NCBI GenBank assembly: GCA_027604505.1
Contig: JADIIX010000051.1
Span: 62,001 to 126,000, forward strand
Source of the DNA: Gonapodya sp. JEL0774
Lineage: Eukaryota
Reading direction: 5' to 3'
Length of the DNA stretch: 64,000 bases
Made by a program: the position numbers and the translations under genes. The notes below the pieces were generated by a model. It saw nothing but the letters and a program-made list of their open reading frames with translations, made no database searches and had not been told where the DNA came from. The first letter of the stretch is position 1. Each line of letters begins with the position of its first letter. This document shows, one piece after another, positions 48,941 to 60,359 of this stretch.

Positions 48941-51829
48941 TCAGAACTTTGATCCTTTCCTGATGCTCTCAGCCTCCACTTTCCACAAATCGATGCCCCT
49001 GCGAATCTCTCTCACCCTGCTCCTCCTCGACTCAAGAACGGCCCATCGACGCGAAAATGCCCGCTCGTAGGCCTCAACGACACGATCAAGTGGTTGTGTG
49101 GCTACGCGCTGGTATTCGGCGGCGAAAGAGGACTATAGTGATGTTTGAAAACCAGGATCAACTTTCACTAGCAGTACTCCATTTTCTCCAATCTGTGGGC
49201 AGCTCGAACTACCCACCTTCACGTCCCCACCCAAAATTTCCAGTCTTTTTTCGACTCTCCTGACAACCCTCAGCCTCACGGCAGCCCACCACACCTGCAA
49301 CGCAGCAAAACTCCCCATGGTACCAGCGACAGTTGAAAGCACCGCCAGTGTAAGCGGGAGTTGGAAGTGGGTGAAGCCGAGTGCTGGGATCGCGAAGGAC
49401 AGGAACTGCATCGGGGGATGCGGTTAGAGCGATACTCTTTTCCGTGACTCCCAGTAACACCGAACAACTTACTATCCCTCCTCCTGTCACATATGCTCCA
49501 CTCTCCGCCCATCCTCCGGCCCCTCCCGAAATCTCCCTGATATCTACCTCGGCGTCTCTCACTACCGATCGAATCGCATCCTTGTCGGCCCTCGTGCGAC
49601 CCTCTGCCTCCGCCACCGCTAATACGCCCCGTGAATCGGTGAGGTACTCGGCATAGGTTGTGGTGGAGGCGGACGATGGGGATGGAAACGCTAGAAACAG
49701 TGTCGGGAGATGGGGTGAAAGCGATGAGATCCGGCCAAGGGCATGGGCATACTGAGATTACAAGATTACAGGAGTCATTGGAATGTGGTTTGTGATATCA
49801 GTGAAACTGCTGGAATACTCACTGCAACTTCGACTCCCCTCGCACCACCTTGTACCGCCGCCGCCGCCAGGTTGACCACGTCCGCTCCCGCCATAATTCC
49901 AAAGGCAGTCACCCTGCGAAGCACTCTTTCAACATCCTGCCCTGCTCTCAAAGCTTCATGGCTCGCCTCGACGTGTTCGCCCTGCTCCACCTCCGTGTGC
50001 AAATGGTCCACAATGCGGCGGTAAGCATCACATCGCGCGACAAAGGAGGAATCGGCAGCTGTTATGGAGAGGGAGGAAGAAGAGAGGGAGGTAGAAATAG
50101 CGGAGAGGTGGTAGGAGAGGTGTGACAGGTGCGACACGGCGAGTGTGGTGGATAAAGCGGGGCCAACAAGGTGTGAGGTAAGGAGGTGGGCACGGAGGGA
50201 ACTAGGAGGATAGAGTTGGATGGCACGAAAGGGCTTATGTTTAAGGGAGTTGGATAAGTGCAGAGAAGACAGAGCTTACCCTATGCCCGATGCCGCCAAC
50301 TCATTCTGAAAGGATGTGGGAACTACTGCGTTACGGAGAATAGCGGAGCGAAGGTTGGCATAACTGGTGGGGGTGGTGGGTATGGAGTAATGGTGCATAA
50401 ATCCGGTTGGAGCTCGAACTGAGAAAAGATCCCCCCGAAAAAAGCGCGTTGTTACACTGACAACGTCCACCCACAGTTCCACAAACTCCACTAAAGCATA
50501 ATGGTGTGCCATGCACAATCGCTACTCACGCTCTTACACCCCTTTCTATGTCAACTGCAAAAACCTTGCCTTCTCCGACTTCCTTCCCCACTGAGTCTGC
50601 GATTGCTTTCACGTCACAAGATATCGCGGCAATGGTCGTTTGTAAAGACGGTAAAGGGATTGAGGGAGGGAGCGAAAGGGTTATTACAAGGGAAGGTGGG
50701 GAGCTGGGAAGATAGGGGTGGTGGTAGGGCGGCGGGAGGAGCAGTACATGTTTATAAGATGTAAACATAAGTGAGTTGTGGATCATATCTGGCGCGACCA
50801 AAACTTTTTGACATTGCCGGTGGCACAGTGTCTTCTCTCACAGGGTTTCACTCGCCGGGAAAGGCTGCAAAGTTTCCCTCTCCTTCCGACAATCCACGGT
50901 ACTCACATCATCCTCTTGTATGCCTCCTGTACGATGATTTTTTCCAGCCCGGACTTAACACCCCTGAGTGGGTCTGTAACAAGGACAACGACATCCGCTT
51001 GGTCGAACAACACGTCGAGCTGGAGAGAAGAGTCGGCCACAGAGTCAGGGAAGAGCAGAATGTTGAGAGGATAGTCCCGGAGAAGGGGTGCGGGAAGCAA
51101 CAGCGAGGTGCCTGAGGGATCGGCAGAGGAGGTGTCGCCGTAACGGATGAGGGACGGAGGTTGAGAGAAAGCAGAAGAGCTGGAGTTGGGCGAAGATGAG
51201 TTTGATGACACAAGCAGGCGGAGCAGGTCCGTGTGATTCCAAGAGTCTGAGCGCAACTCCTCTTCGGAGAGCAGGAGAGCTGCCACAATGTCTGCCCGGA
51301 GACGTTCATCTGCTCCGACAACTGCCAGGGAAAGGGTAGAGCGGGTGGTGGGTGAGAGCGGAGGAGCGTTTGGGAAAATTTCCGAATATAGTGAAGCGGT
51401 TGCAATTGAGAGCGCGTCAAGGGAGGATCGGAGGTGTGGCTGGAGCGATTGCGCGGAGTGCGAGTCGTTGGCCACTTGGACAGTCTGAGTGTGGGCACCG
51501 CGGGGTCGACCGAGACCCGAAAATGGAGCGGAAGTAGTCGAATCGCTCGGGCTACTGTGAATATTCAGAACCGATTCAACCACTCCACCACCGGAATGTA
51601 AAAGCCGCACTCTCGTTCCAAAGCAAATAAATGCTCTTCCCTGCATTATTCGAATCTTTGTCGCGACCCCGTTACCGATGAGTTCCGATTGACCCCATCT
51701 TGCCCACGGGCGGATGCTCAATAACGTTTCCGCATTGAATGCAGCGATTCCACCTTGACAATTCCCCAATTTACCAATCAGTGCCCCGCTTGTAGGAATC
51801 CGACCCGAAAAGGCCCGTGCCGCAGCCAT
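48941..51829 (-). CDS. Probable mitochondrial membrane protein, Mmc1-like
   Basis: Presequence-like N-terminus, degenerate P-loop-like region (LAVVGAD...LFDQADVVVLVTDP), then a C-terminal TM pair followed by LQVWW. The family call is from recall. Confidence 0.5.
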
Positions 51830-52111
51830 GGCCGTTCCTGGATGGAGGATGGAAGGACGAGATGTGTGGGCCAACGACCAAAACCGCGTAAACACATCAC
51901 CCGCACAGTACTTGCATCACCAACTGAGTTTTACAGCTGAAGCGAAGCGCAGCAAGATGCAGTGATCACTTCTTCTGACCAGACGCGCTCAGTCTCATTC
52001 CCACCTCCTCTTTGCGGTCTTCCTCGAGTGGCACCAAATACAATAAACTCGACACAAGCACCCTGCAGTAACTGCTTCGAAGGCTGATTCACCTGATTCA
52101 CCTGTTCGGCT

Positions 52112-55100
52112 ATGAAGCGTGCTCGTAGTCAGGGTGAAGCTGTGGAGATGGATTCCACTTTTCCCCGCGCCAAACGCCCACGACTTTCTCCAACAGAAGC
52201 GTCCGTGGACAACCTGGACACTGAAGCGCCGCTCGATTCCACAAACCCTCCACCAGCACCCCCCCGCAAAGGCCCGCTCACTCTGCATTTGACACTGAAA
52301 CACGAGGATGGCAGGGCAAGTGCGCCTGGAACAAGAACGGGGACTGGGTCGGAGGAGAGAGAACAAGGAAACGGACAGGACACACCCGATCTGGGGGATT
52401 TGTGCAGGCACTTGTTGACTGTGATGGAAGAATACAGGGACAACGAGTGCGTTTTAATGAAGCTTGGCGTTGGGACAGGTCCACAGGAGGATCCAACAAT
52501 TTGTACTTGCTACTCACATTGACCTCGGAATCTGTGCCCTGGTCATGCGGTGCGGGACCGAGTAATGGTCAATCTTGCCTTTGGATCAATCAGGATGCTC
52601 ATGGATGAGGCTTTTCCAATTCTTTTCCCAATGTCTCACTCCTCGACGTCCTCTCCTCTCCAACCTGAAAAAGCGGACGCCTCGTCTCTGAAATATTCAA
52701 AGAGCTCCCCGACAAGCGCCAATATCGTGACTACTATACAGTAATATCCCAGCCAATTGCGCTGAAGAACATTCATGTTCGTTCCCATCAAGCCACGGCT
52801 GGCGTTTCCTCCTCGGTCTCCTGTTTTTGACTCTCTTCCTTTCTTCTATCCCTCTCTATTCTCTGTTTGTCGGTAGAAAAATATATCCTCTGGTCGATAC
52901 TCTTCACTCGACGACCTTAAGTCGGACGTAGAACTGATGTTCCGCAATGCCAAGCAATACAATGCGCCCAAGTCGATGGTTTACGAGGATGCTGTAGCGC
53001 TGCAAGTGCGTTGCGTAGCCGACTAGGGAGATTGAACGTTGACTGTGCAGGACCATAAACCCCTTATCTTTAGGCTCTCTTCCGCAGGGAACTTGCTAGT
53101 CTCACCAAAACTCGTTCCTCATCTACTCGCCGCTCCGCGTCCTCAACGTCGTTGTCCCTTCCTGGGGCCGTGGGAACTTCCAATGACGACGAGGAGACCG
53201 GAGAGGCACTTAAAGAGAAGTGCAAAGCACTGTTGGCGGTCATGAAAGAACTGAAAGATGACGTGTGAGTTCGTAATGTCGGGGCTTGCTTGTGAATATG
53301 TAGTTTCAACATACTCTCAACTTTGTTTCCCAGCGGGAACAATTTGACCTCCATATTCCGCGAGTTGCCAAGCAAGCAGCTCTACCCGGACTACTACGAA
53401 AAAATAGAGCGACCAATTGCGATAAAGGTCATCCAGGTGAAGGAGGAAGTTGAATGAAGTCGGATGGCATCTTCTGCTTCTAACGGGGCTGGCTCACCGG
53501 TTCTCTTTCTCTGTGTTTCCAATTGTTACTGCGTGCCAGCGTAAAATCTCGGATGACAAGTATACGAACCTGGAGGAGTTCCGGACCGATGTGGAACTCA
53601 TGTTTGCGAATGCCAAGGCGTACAATCTGCCCAAATCTAGTGTGTACCAGGACGCCGTGGTGCTGCTGGTGAGTTCTCGTGGATGTTTTCTGTCGCATCT
53701 GTGAAATCGTACTCCACTCGCCCATCTGTAGAAACGCTTTCGAGAAGAGTACGCTGCGATGACTGGCGGTGGTGGGAGGCGATCTATCACGTCTGCTCGG
53801 CGCGCCGGTGGGAGTGCGCTTAATGATGGAGGTACCGACGGAGTAGGTGATGATAACACATCGGACCTCATCGAGGTGTACAAATCATTGGTCCGGGGTA
53901 TTGAGTCCTATGCGGATGCGGAGTGAGTTAGCTGAATGGACGTCTTCGTGCGCAGGCAGTCTCACACTCAATTTGTCGCAAGTGCAAGAATGCTGGCAAG
54001 TATGTTTGTACAGTTGCCGAGCAGAATAGAGTATCCAGACTACTATCGGGTCATCGAGGAGCCTATTTCGCTCAAGGAGATCAATGTGGGTGCCATAATT
54101 TCAATTCTTCGCTTCGCATGGCAACGTCCGGCGACTCACGCGATGTTTGTCCACGGGACGTTTTAAAACTCAACAGAGAAGCATTGAGCTGGGTCGTTAC
54201 GGGACGTTAGATCAATTAAAAAGGGATGTTGATCTTATGTTTCGGAATGCGAAGACTTACAATGCTCCCAAGTCGCAGATCTACGAGGACGCAACTCAGT
54301 TGCAGGTCAGTGTTTCTCATATGTGTTCATGATTCTATTCCTCTCCATTGACCCCATGCACTTGCACAGAAATTCTTCCGTGACGAGTTCAACGCTGCGA
54401 AGCGCAACCTCGACCACGCTCCTCCATCTTCTGCGCGCCGAGAACGTGCTGACTCTGAAACGCATTCGGTGGCTTCTATGCCACGAAAGAGCAAGGATAG
54501 GTCAAGAACATTTGAAGAGGAGCGGAAGGAGGACCTCGCAGAAGCAAAGGACGAGTACTTCCCCGCAGGTGTTACGAAGATCAAGTTTAAAAAGAAGTTT
54601 GAGCGTGAGTCAAAGTGACTCCAGAACGGATACCTGCCTTAATAAACGCTTGACTGCACCTCATTCTTATCCAGCTATGATGTTGTTTGATGCAATTCAA
54701 CGGGACGATTTTAAAACTCTTCGTAAACTCCTCCTCGACAATTCAGTGGATCCTAACTCCCTGCACCCCTTTACCCTGGGAGATTTCACCTTCACTTGGA
54801 ATCCTCTGCATGCCGCCGCATTTTACGGGGCAGAGGAGTGCTTAAGGACGCTAATCGAAATGGGTGCCGACATTGAAATGCCGGACACTTGGTATGGGAG
54901 CAGACCACTCGGGTGGGCCGCGTTCGGGGGACATGCTGACGTCGCGAAGGTGTTGGTCATGGAATTCGGAGCAGATAGGGACGCTACCAACGTAGGCGGC
55001 CAAAGAGCCATCGATGTGGTGAGCGATGTTACTTGCGGTGCCTCACAACGTAAACCCATGGCTGAATTTCCAAACAATTAGGCTGCTGACCCTGCTAACC

Positions 55101-56259
55101 CACAATGGCAAGGCGTTCTCGTGAATGATGAGACGGTGAAGACAAAATCGCGTTCAAGGACCACTGCAGATGTTGAGTATGACGAAGAAAGTGAGGACGG
55201 TGAAGGTGACGACGTTGTGAAACCGCGGTTAAAAATCACCATGCGGAAATCAAAAGACGGAGATGAAGATTCTGGGGACGCGAAAGGAAAGAGGAAAGAA
55301 AGCACTGTGAAGGAGGATGAGGAGATGATATCAGTGGACGATGAAGTGCCCGGTGCAACAGTTGGAGAAGGGGACGATGGTAAGTGTAGAAAGGTATTGC
55401 AATTGGAGAGTTGATCTATGTCTTATACGTCTGCTGGGGACCAGCATCAGGGGCAACATCGAAACCTCGCGTGAGAGTCAAGAGGAAGCCTCTTTGGCCA
55501 CTTGCAGGCGGATTACCAGTCAGCACTTTGGGTGCAGTATCCGGTATGCCCGGAGTTCCCGGAGTGCCGGGCAAAATCGACAAACGTGAGTGCAAACGGT
55601 GCTTGCTTCGTTTGTGTTGTCCCTTGTTTACTGACGACAGCCCACACTAAAACCCTGTACAATCTAAAGCGGTGAACCCTGTTTTCAGCGAGCGAGCATC
55701 AACTGCCCACATCCTCTCACATGTCGTAATGACACCGAGCGCCACGAGTGACCCTCGTACCCCTGGATTTTGCTTCGAACAGGCGATTCCCGCTCCAGAA
55801 TCTGGATCCGGCACGGCAGTCAGCGTTCCTGCCGATGTAGATCGTTTGGGAGTAATGGTCTTTTTCCATGACGTTGCTCCGGCTCCTGTCAAAATCTTTG
55901 GGCCCGGTGGATCGATAAAAACCTCGAACCAAGAGGTGTTCCCCACAGTACGGCGATACTTGGTTATTCGATGGAATGGTTCCATAGTGGACCTTCAACC
56001 ATTCTTTGGGGAGCGCGAAGATGGAGGATCTGGATTCATTGCAACGACAAAAATGCGGAACGGGCTCAATACTCTGGAAATTTTTGCGAGAGAGCGAAGA
56101 AAAAGGGAAAGAGATGATGATTCGAAAAAGGGTAAGGAGAAGGAAAAGGAGAAGGAGGAAGACGATGATGCGAATGCGCCTGCCAAGCGACGGGGGAGGA
56201 AGCCAAAAGAGGACGATGTGTTTGAGCACTCTTTCAGATATTTTGTTACGCGCAGCTAG
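52112..56259 (+). CDS. Chromatin protein with three bromodomains, ankyrin repeats and an Rsc4-like C-terminal domain
   Basis: Three units of F..LP....Y.DYY..I..PI...DV.LMF.NAK.YN.PKS..Y.DA. Ankyrin motifs WNPLHAAAFYG and RPLGWAAFGGH. C-terminal GLNTLEIF. Confidence 0.85.
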
Positions 56260-56318
56260 TATGCAAGCTAATTTTATGATGAAGCAGCGCAGTTCATTTT
56301 GTGCAACAGGGCTGACTT

Positions 56319-58935
56319 TCAGTCAACATCTTGTGGTTCTTCACCTCCTACAGGATGCTCCCCCGATTTCCAGACCCATCGCGAACCTTTCCACTCGGCG
56401 AACTCTCCAAGGGTCTTCTTGTAGTGCGCCACACTCAGTGGATCCAGATCAACCTTTGCACATGCAGCAGTGATGTCGGGTTTCTTGATTCCCGTATTTG
56501 ACCTGAACAGCGTCAACACAACTTCTCGATACGGTAGCAATATTTTGGAAGCACGAGGATTTTCAAGTAGGACATAGGTATTGTGTATGAGCTCTGTAAA
56601 AGGAGCGAGGAGTTCCTTAAGTTGTGCAACGGTAGGTGGTGTGGCGGGGACGAGGTTGTTCTCGAGGCCTGTTTCGCCATGTAACTGTTTCGTCAGCCTT
56701 GGTCTACCACCAAACAACGACAACGCACCCGACTCCCTCCCCCTCCACGCCACGCAACTCCGAAGGAACCGCATGGAACAGGGACCATAATGTGACATAA
56801 TTTGCTTGCATATGGTCGCAATCTGCTCATCTGGGGTTGCACCTTGTACTGGGAAGTCGCGGTCAGGTTCGAAGGGGGAAGTATGAAAGGGAACGATTTC
56901 TGTACGTGAATTCGAAGTAGTATTCGAAAAGGTGGACGTGGTGCGGAGTTGAGTGCAAAAGTGCAACGGTGATTTCAGAAATGAAACTGCCCATGCGTCT
57001 CATTCAGTCTAGTCCGAGAATGCAAAGTTCTCACCTTCCGCGTTTGCGGCCGCTTCAACATTGATCTCCACTTTTGTAGTGCCCTCAATTTTGGGCGCAG
57101 ACTGGCGCTTCACTGCAGGGGCGGAGGATTGCTCGATTTTGACCTTGGATTTCGCTTTGGCATCCTTGGCATGGAGAGCCAGTTCCTTCCGCGCACTGCA
57201 ACATATCCACTTCGTTGGCTTTGCTCTCTCATTACCCATTACGTTCAGCAACTCACGACTCTGCCTCCTTCTCTAAGCTCCTTTCCATTTCACTTGCCAC
57301 CTCTGGCCACTCTGCTAATCCATCATCGTCCGTATATCGCAGTTCCCACCACCCTGCCTCAGTTCCTTCACCCTCCACATACGCACCGATCTCCATCAGT
57401 ATGCCTCTCGCTTCGGCCGCTCCAATACCAGTCTCTGCACACACATCGACCCTCCGAAGCCGAGTTCGTTCTCGAAACATGGTCAGGGCAATGGTCCGTG
57501 CGTGGCGGACCCGGCCACTGTAGAGAACAGAAGAGCGGAGTACGAGCAAGCCACGGAGAAGGTGGCACATTGAGGTTAGGTGGGGGAGGACTTGTGTTGC
57601 TGTTACGTGGGATGTCGGGTGGTTTGGAGGAGGCTGGAGGTTTGAAAGAAGTCGGGAGAGAGGGAGAATGTGGGCTTGACGGGATATGATTGGGTCGACA
57701 GGTGTTAAATTAATCACCATCCCACGAAACAAAAGGCTCCGGAGCATCTCCCATCGAAAAAGGCGAAGCCAACTCCATCTTAACTCACTGTTCGTCATCA
57801 CCACCTTGCATTGGGTTGCTAAATCTGCCTTTGCGACGTCCGCTAATGACATTCCCCTGAATATTAGAAGATCTTTCGTCGGTTTTTGCTCGCGTTCGCG
57901 AAGAACCGGGCTTAGTTCATCGAGATAGGCAGAGGGGTCGGTGGAAGGTACTGCGGACGGCGCGACAGGTGGTACGACGAGATGTTGGAGGAAACTGGAG
58001 GCCTGGAAACGGTGATGTGTGGGTTTTTGAGTTATGAATGATGATAGAGTAGCGTTCGGAAAACCGGAACACACATCTCCAAATCCAACCTCCATCTGCA
58101 ACCACTCCTCGTCCTTGGCCTTCTTTTTCGCTGCATTTCTGGCCGCCTCTCTGGCCATGGCGGCTTTGTCTATATCTCCCGCCTTTTTCTGGTTGGTGTT
58201 CGCACCTAAAACGTGAGGATTCTGAGCTGTCGGAGCCGCAGCGGCGGTGGGAGGAGCAACGAGGTGGGTAAGAGTAGGTCGGAGTTGCATGAGGGCCGCT
58301 AAAGGGTGAAGATGAAGAGAGCCTGGAATACGTTCCGAGATGAACGTTCATTAGTTGGAGTCGTAAAGTTGCATGTTTCAAATTTTCTTTGGTACCGTGC
58401 AATGAGACCACGCCCACTTCACACCACACTTTCCCCCCGCGTCAGCATTCCTGGTCCTAACCGGGTTTTCATTGGTCAATTAATTAGAGAGAAGCTCACC
58501 CTCCGAGAATATGCCAACGCAGTAGTTGGCGAGACCAGGCGCGAAGGAACTCCCGTAAGTCTGCTTCTCCAGTAACTTTCTCGATGCCCCCATGCTAAGA
58601 CCATAGCCGTCCACATCCATATCGTTATAGCCATCGCCAGCTTTCCCACCCTTCCTCGCTTCCCTCTTCTCCGCCATCATAGCTCCTCGTTCAGGATCGT
58701 AGTGGGCATCACGTGTATCCAGAGGCACATCCAGCTCCATCTGTTTCGTTTTTGGCTTCAATCTTCCAGAAACTGGCAGGCCAATGGCTTGTTCTGGAGC
58801 GTGACCTGCCGGAAACTGCAGCAGGTACAACGAGTCGGCGAGTTCCCTGGAGAGAAAGACGGGATATTCGGCGTCCACTGGATCGTCTGCATCGCCCGCC
58901 ACCGAATCCGAATCTGATATTTCCATGTCTGTCAT
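56319..58935 (-). CDS. RPC5: RNA polymerase III subunit RPC5 (C37/POLR3E, Sin-like)
   Basis: DDPVDAEYPVFLS...LYLLQFP...RLKPK...ELDVPLDT, NYCVGIF, MQLRPTLTHL and LLRGLLVLRS. Confidence 0.88.
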
Positions 58936-59291
58936 TGTCGGTTTCTAGGACGCCAACAAAGACAAGGTGAAGACGTGAACCAAAGGGGCAACTAAAGGAC
59001 CCGAAGTCCCAAACTCTCTCCATCACTGTACCATGAATACAAAGAAAAATTTTGAGAACATATGTAGTTGAGTGATTATAAAAGTGCCCGTCACCCGTTT
59101 TCTGCTGGTCTTCGCATCGTAACCGAATGCTGTCGGATTATTGAAAGAACAAAATAGAAAGTCTGCAAGAACTTGCAGTCTATCGGGTGTTGTGTCTCCC
59201 GAAAATAAAATGCCCCGCAGATCGTGCGAAGGATGCGAAGTTAGAGAGTTCCCACGATCACAACGCCCGTGGAGCAGAACTGACAACAAGC

Positions 59292-60114
59292 ATGATTTCG
59301 CAACTGCATCAACAAAAGAAAACTCCAACAGCACTCGATACCCCCGCGGGAACATGTCCCAAGCGATCCGTGCCGGCGGGCCAGGTCCTCCAAGTGATTC
59401 ATCCACTTCTCCAAGAACAACTCGACAGGAAAGAAGAGAAGCTGCGTAGGAAGACTGAGCACAAGCCCCCCATTGAAAGCCTCGACGATCGAATTTATGA
59501 GGTGCCCGTGGTGATCAGGGGCGTGAAGCCACCTCCGCATGAGAATGTCATCAATCACGGTAACAAGGAACCCCCTCGAGATCTCCAGCGTCTGTACGTC
59601 ATCTCGCATCACGCCTACGAGCCTGGTGAGCACCGGCATTATCCATACCAAGTGCCTGAAAGCAGTGAGCCTCCTGGTCGTGTGATACACGAGGAGAGTG
59701 GAAAAGGCGTCCACGATGCACTGCATTGGACGGTGGAAAGCAAAATTGTCGACTTGCGGCATCAAAAGTATCAGGAAAAGCACCATAAGAGTGTTGGCCA
59801 GGCATATGTCAATAACGACATGGTGTACAACTTGGAACCGAACCACACTTTTGGTGAGCGTTTCCCCGTTCCCCTCTCTTTCTTCCGATGCTCACATCCA
59901 ACTCGCAATGGCGGTCTTTTGTAACACCTCATAAGGCATCATACGCCCCAAAGATCCGCCATTCACCCTCGCGCACAATCTTCCTGAAACTGAAAACATG
60001 TCCAAGAAACCGGCAAAGCCATCTGCCACCCCAGACGACATTCCTGCAGGACGCCCGAGTCATCAACGAGACGGGGCTCTGGGTCGGGGACGAATGCGGA
60101 GGAAGCTCCTGTAG
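59292..60114 (+). CDS. EFHB/CFAP21-like axonemal microtubule inner protein fragment lacking EF-hands
   Basis: LYVISHHAYEPGEHRHYPY, GKGVHDALHW, KIVDLRHQKYQEKHHKSVGQ and NLEPNHTFG are colinear with recalled human EFHB motifs (LYVVSHNDYYAGE, GRAMAKSLYW, NVPPDCTFG). The start is uncertain. Confidence 0.65.
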
Positions 60115-60359
60115 GATGTACTTTGAGTAGCAGTGCAGTGGACACAAAAACTACGCCAGTACACCCAGAATAATTGACGGTTTATACTCTAAGCTTTAAG
60201 CATTAGCACGTTCCAACAGCTCCTGGGGGACACCACCCTTGCGGATTGCCGCCACTGGACCGGCTTAGGGGTAGGAGGGACCACCGCACCACGTGTCGCG
60301 TTACACAAGCGACATACAAACACAATACTAAAATACGAACGGGCACAATAAATAGCTCT

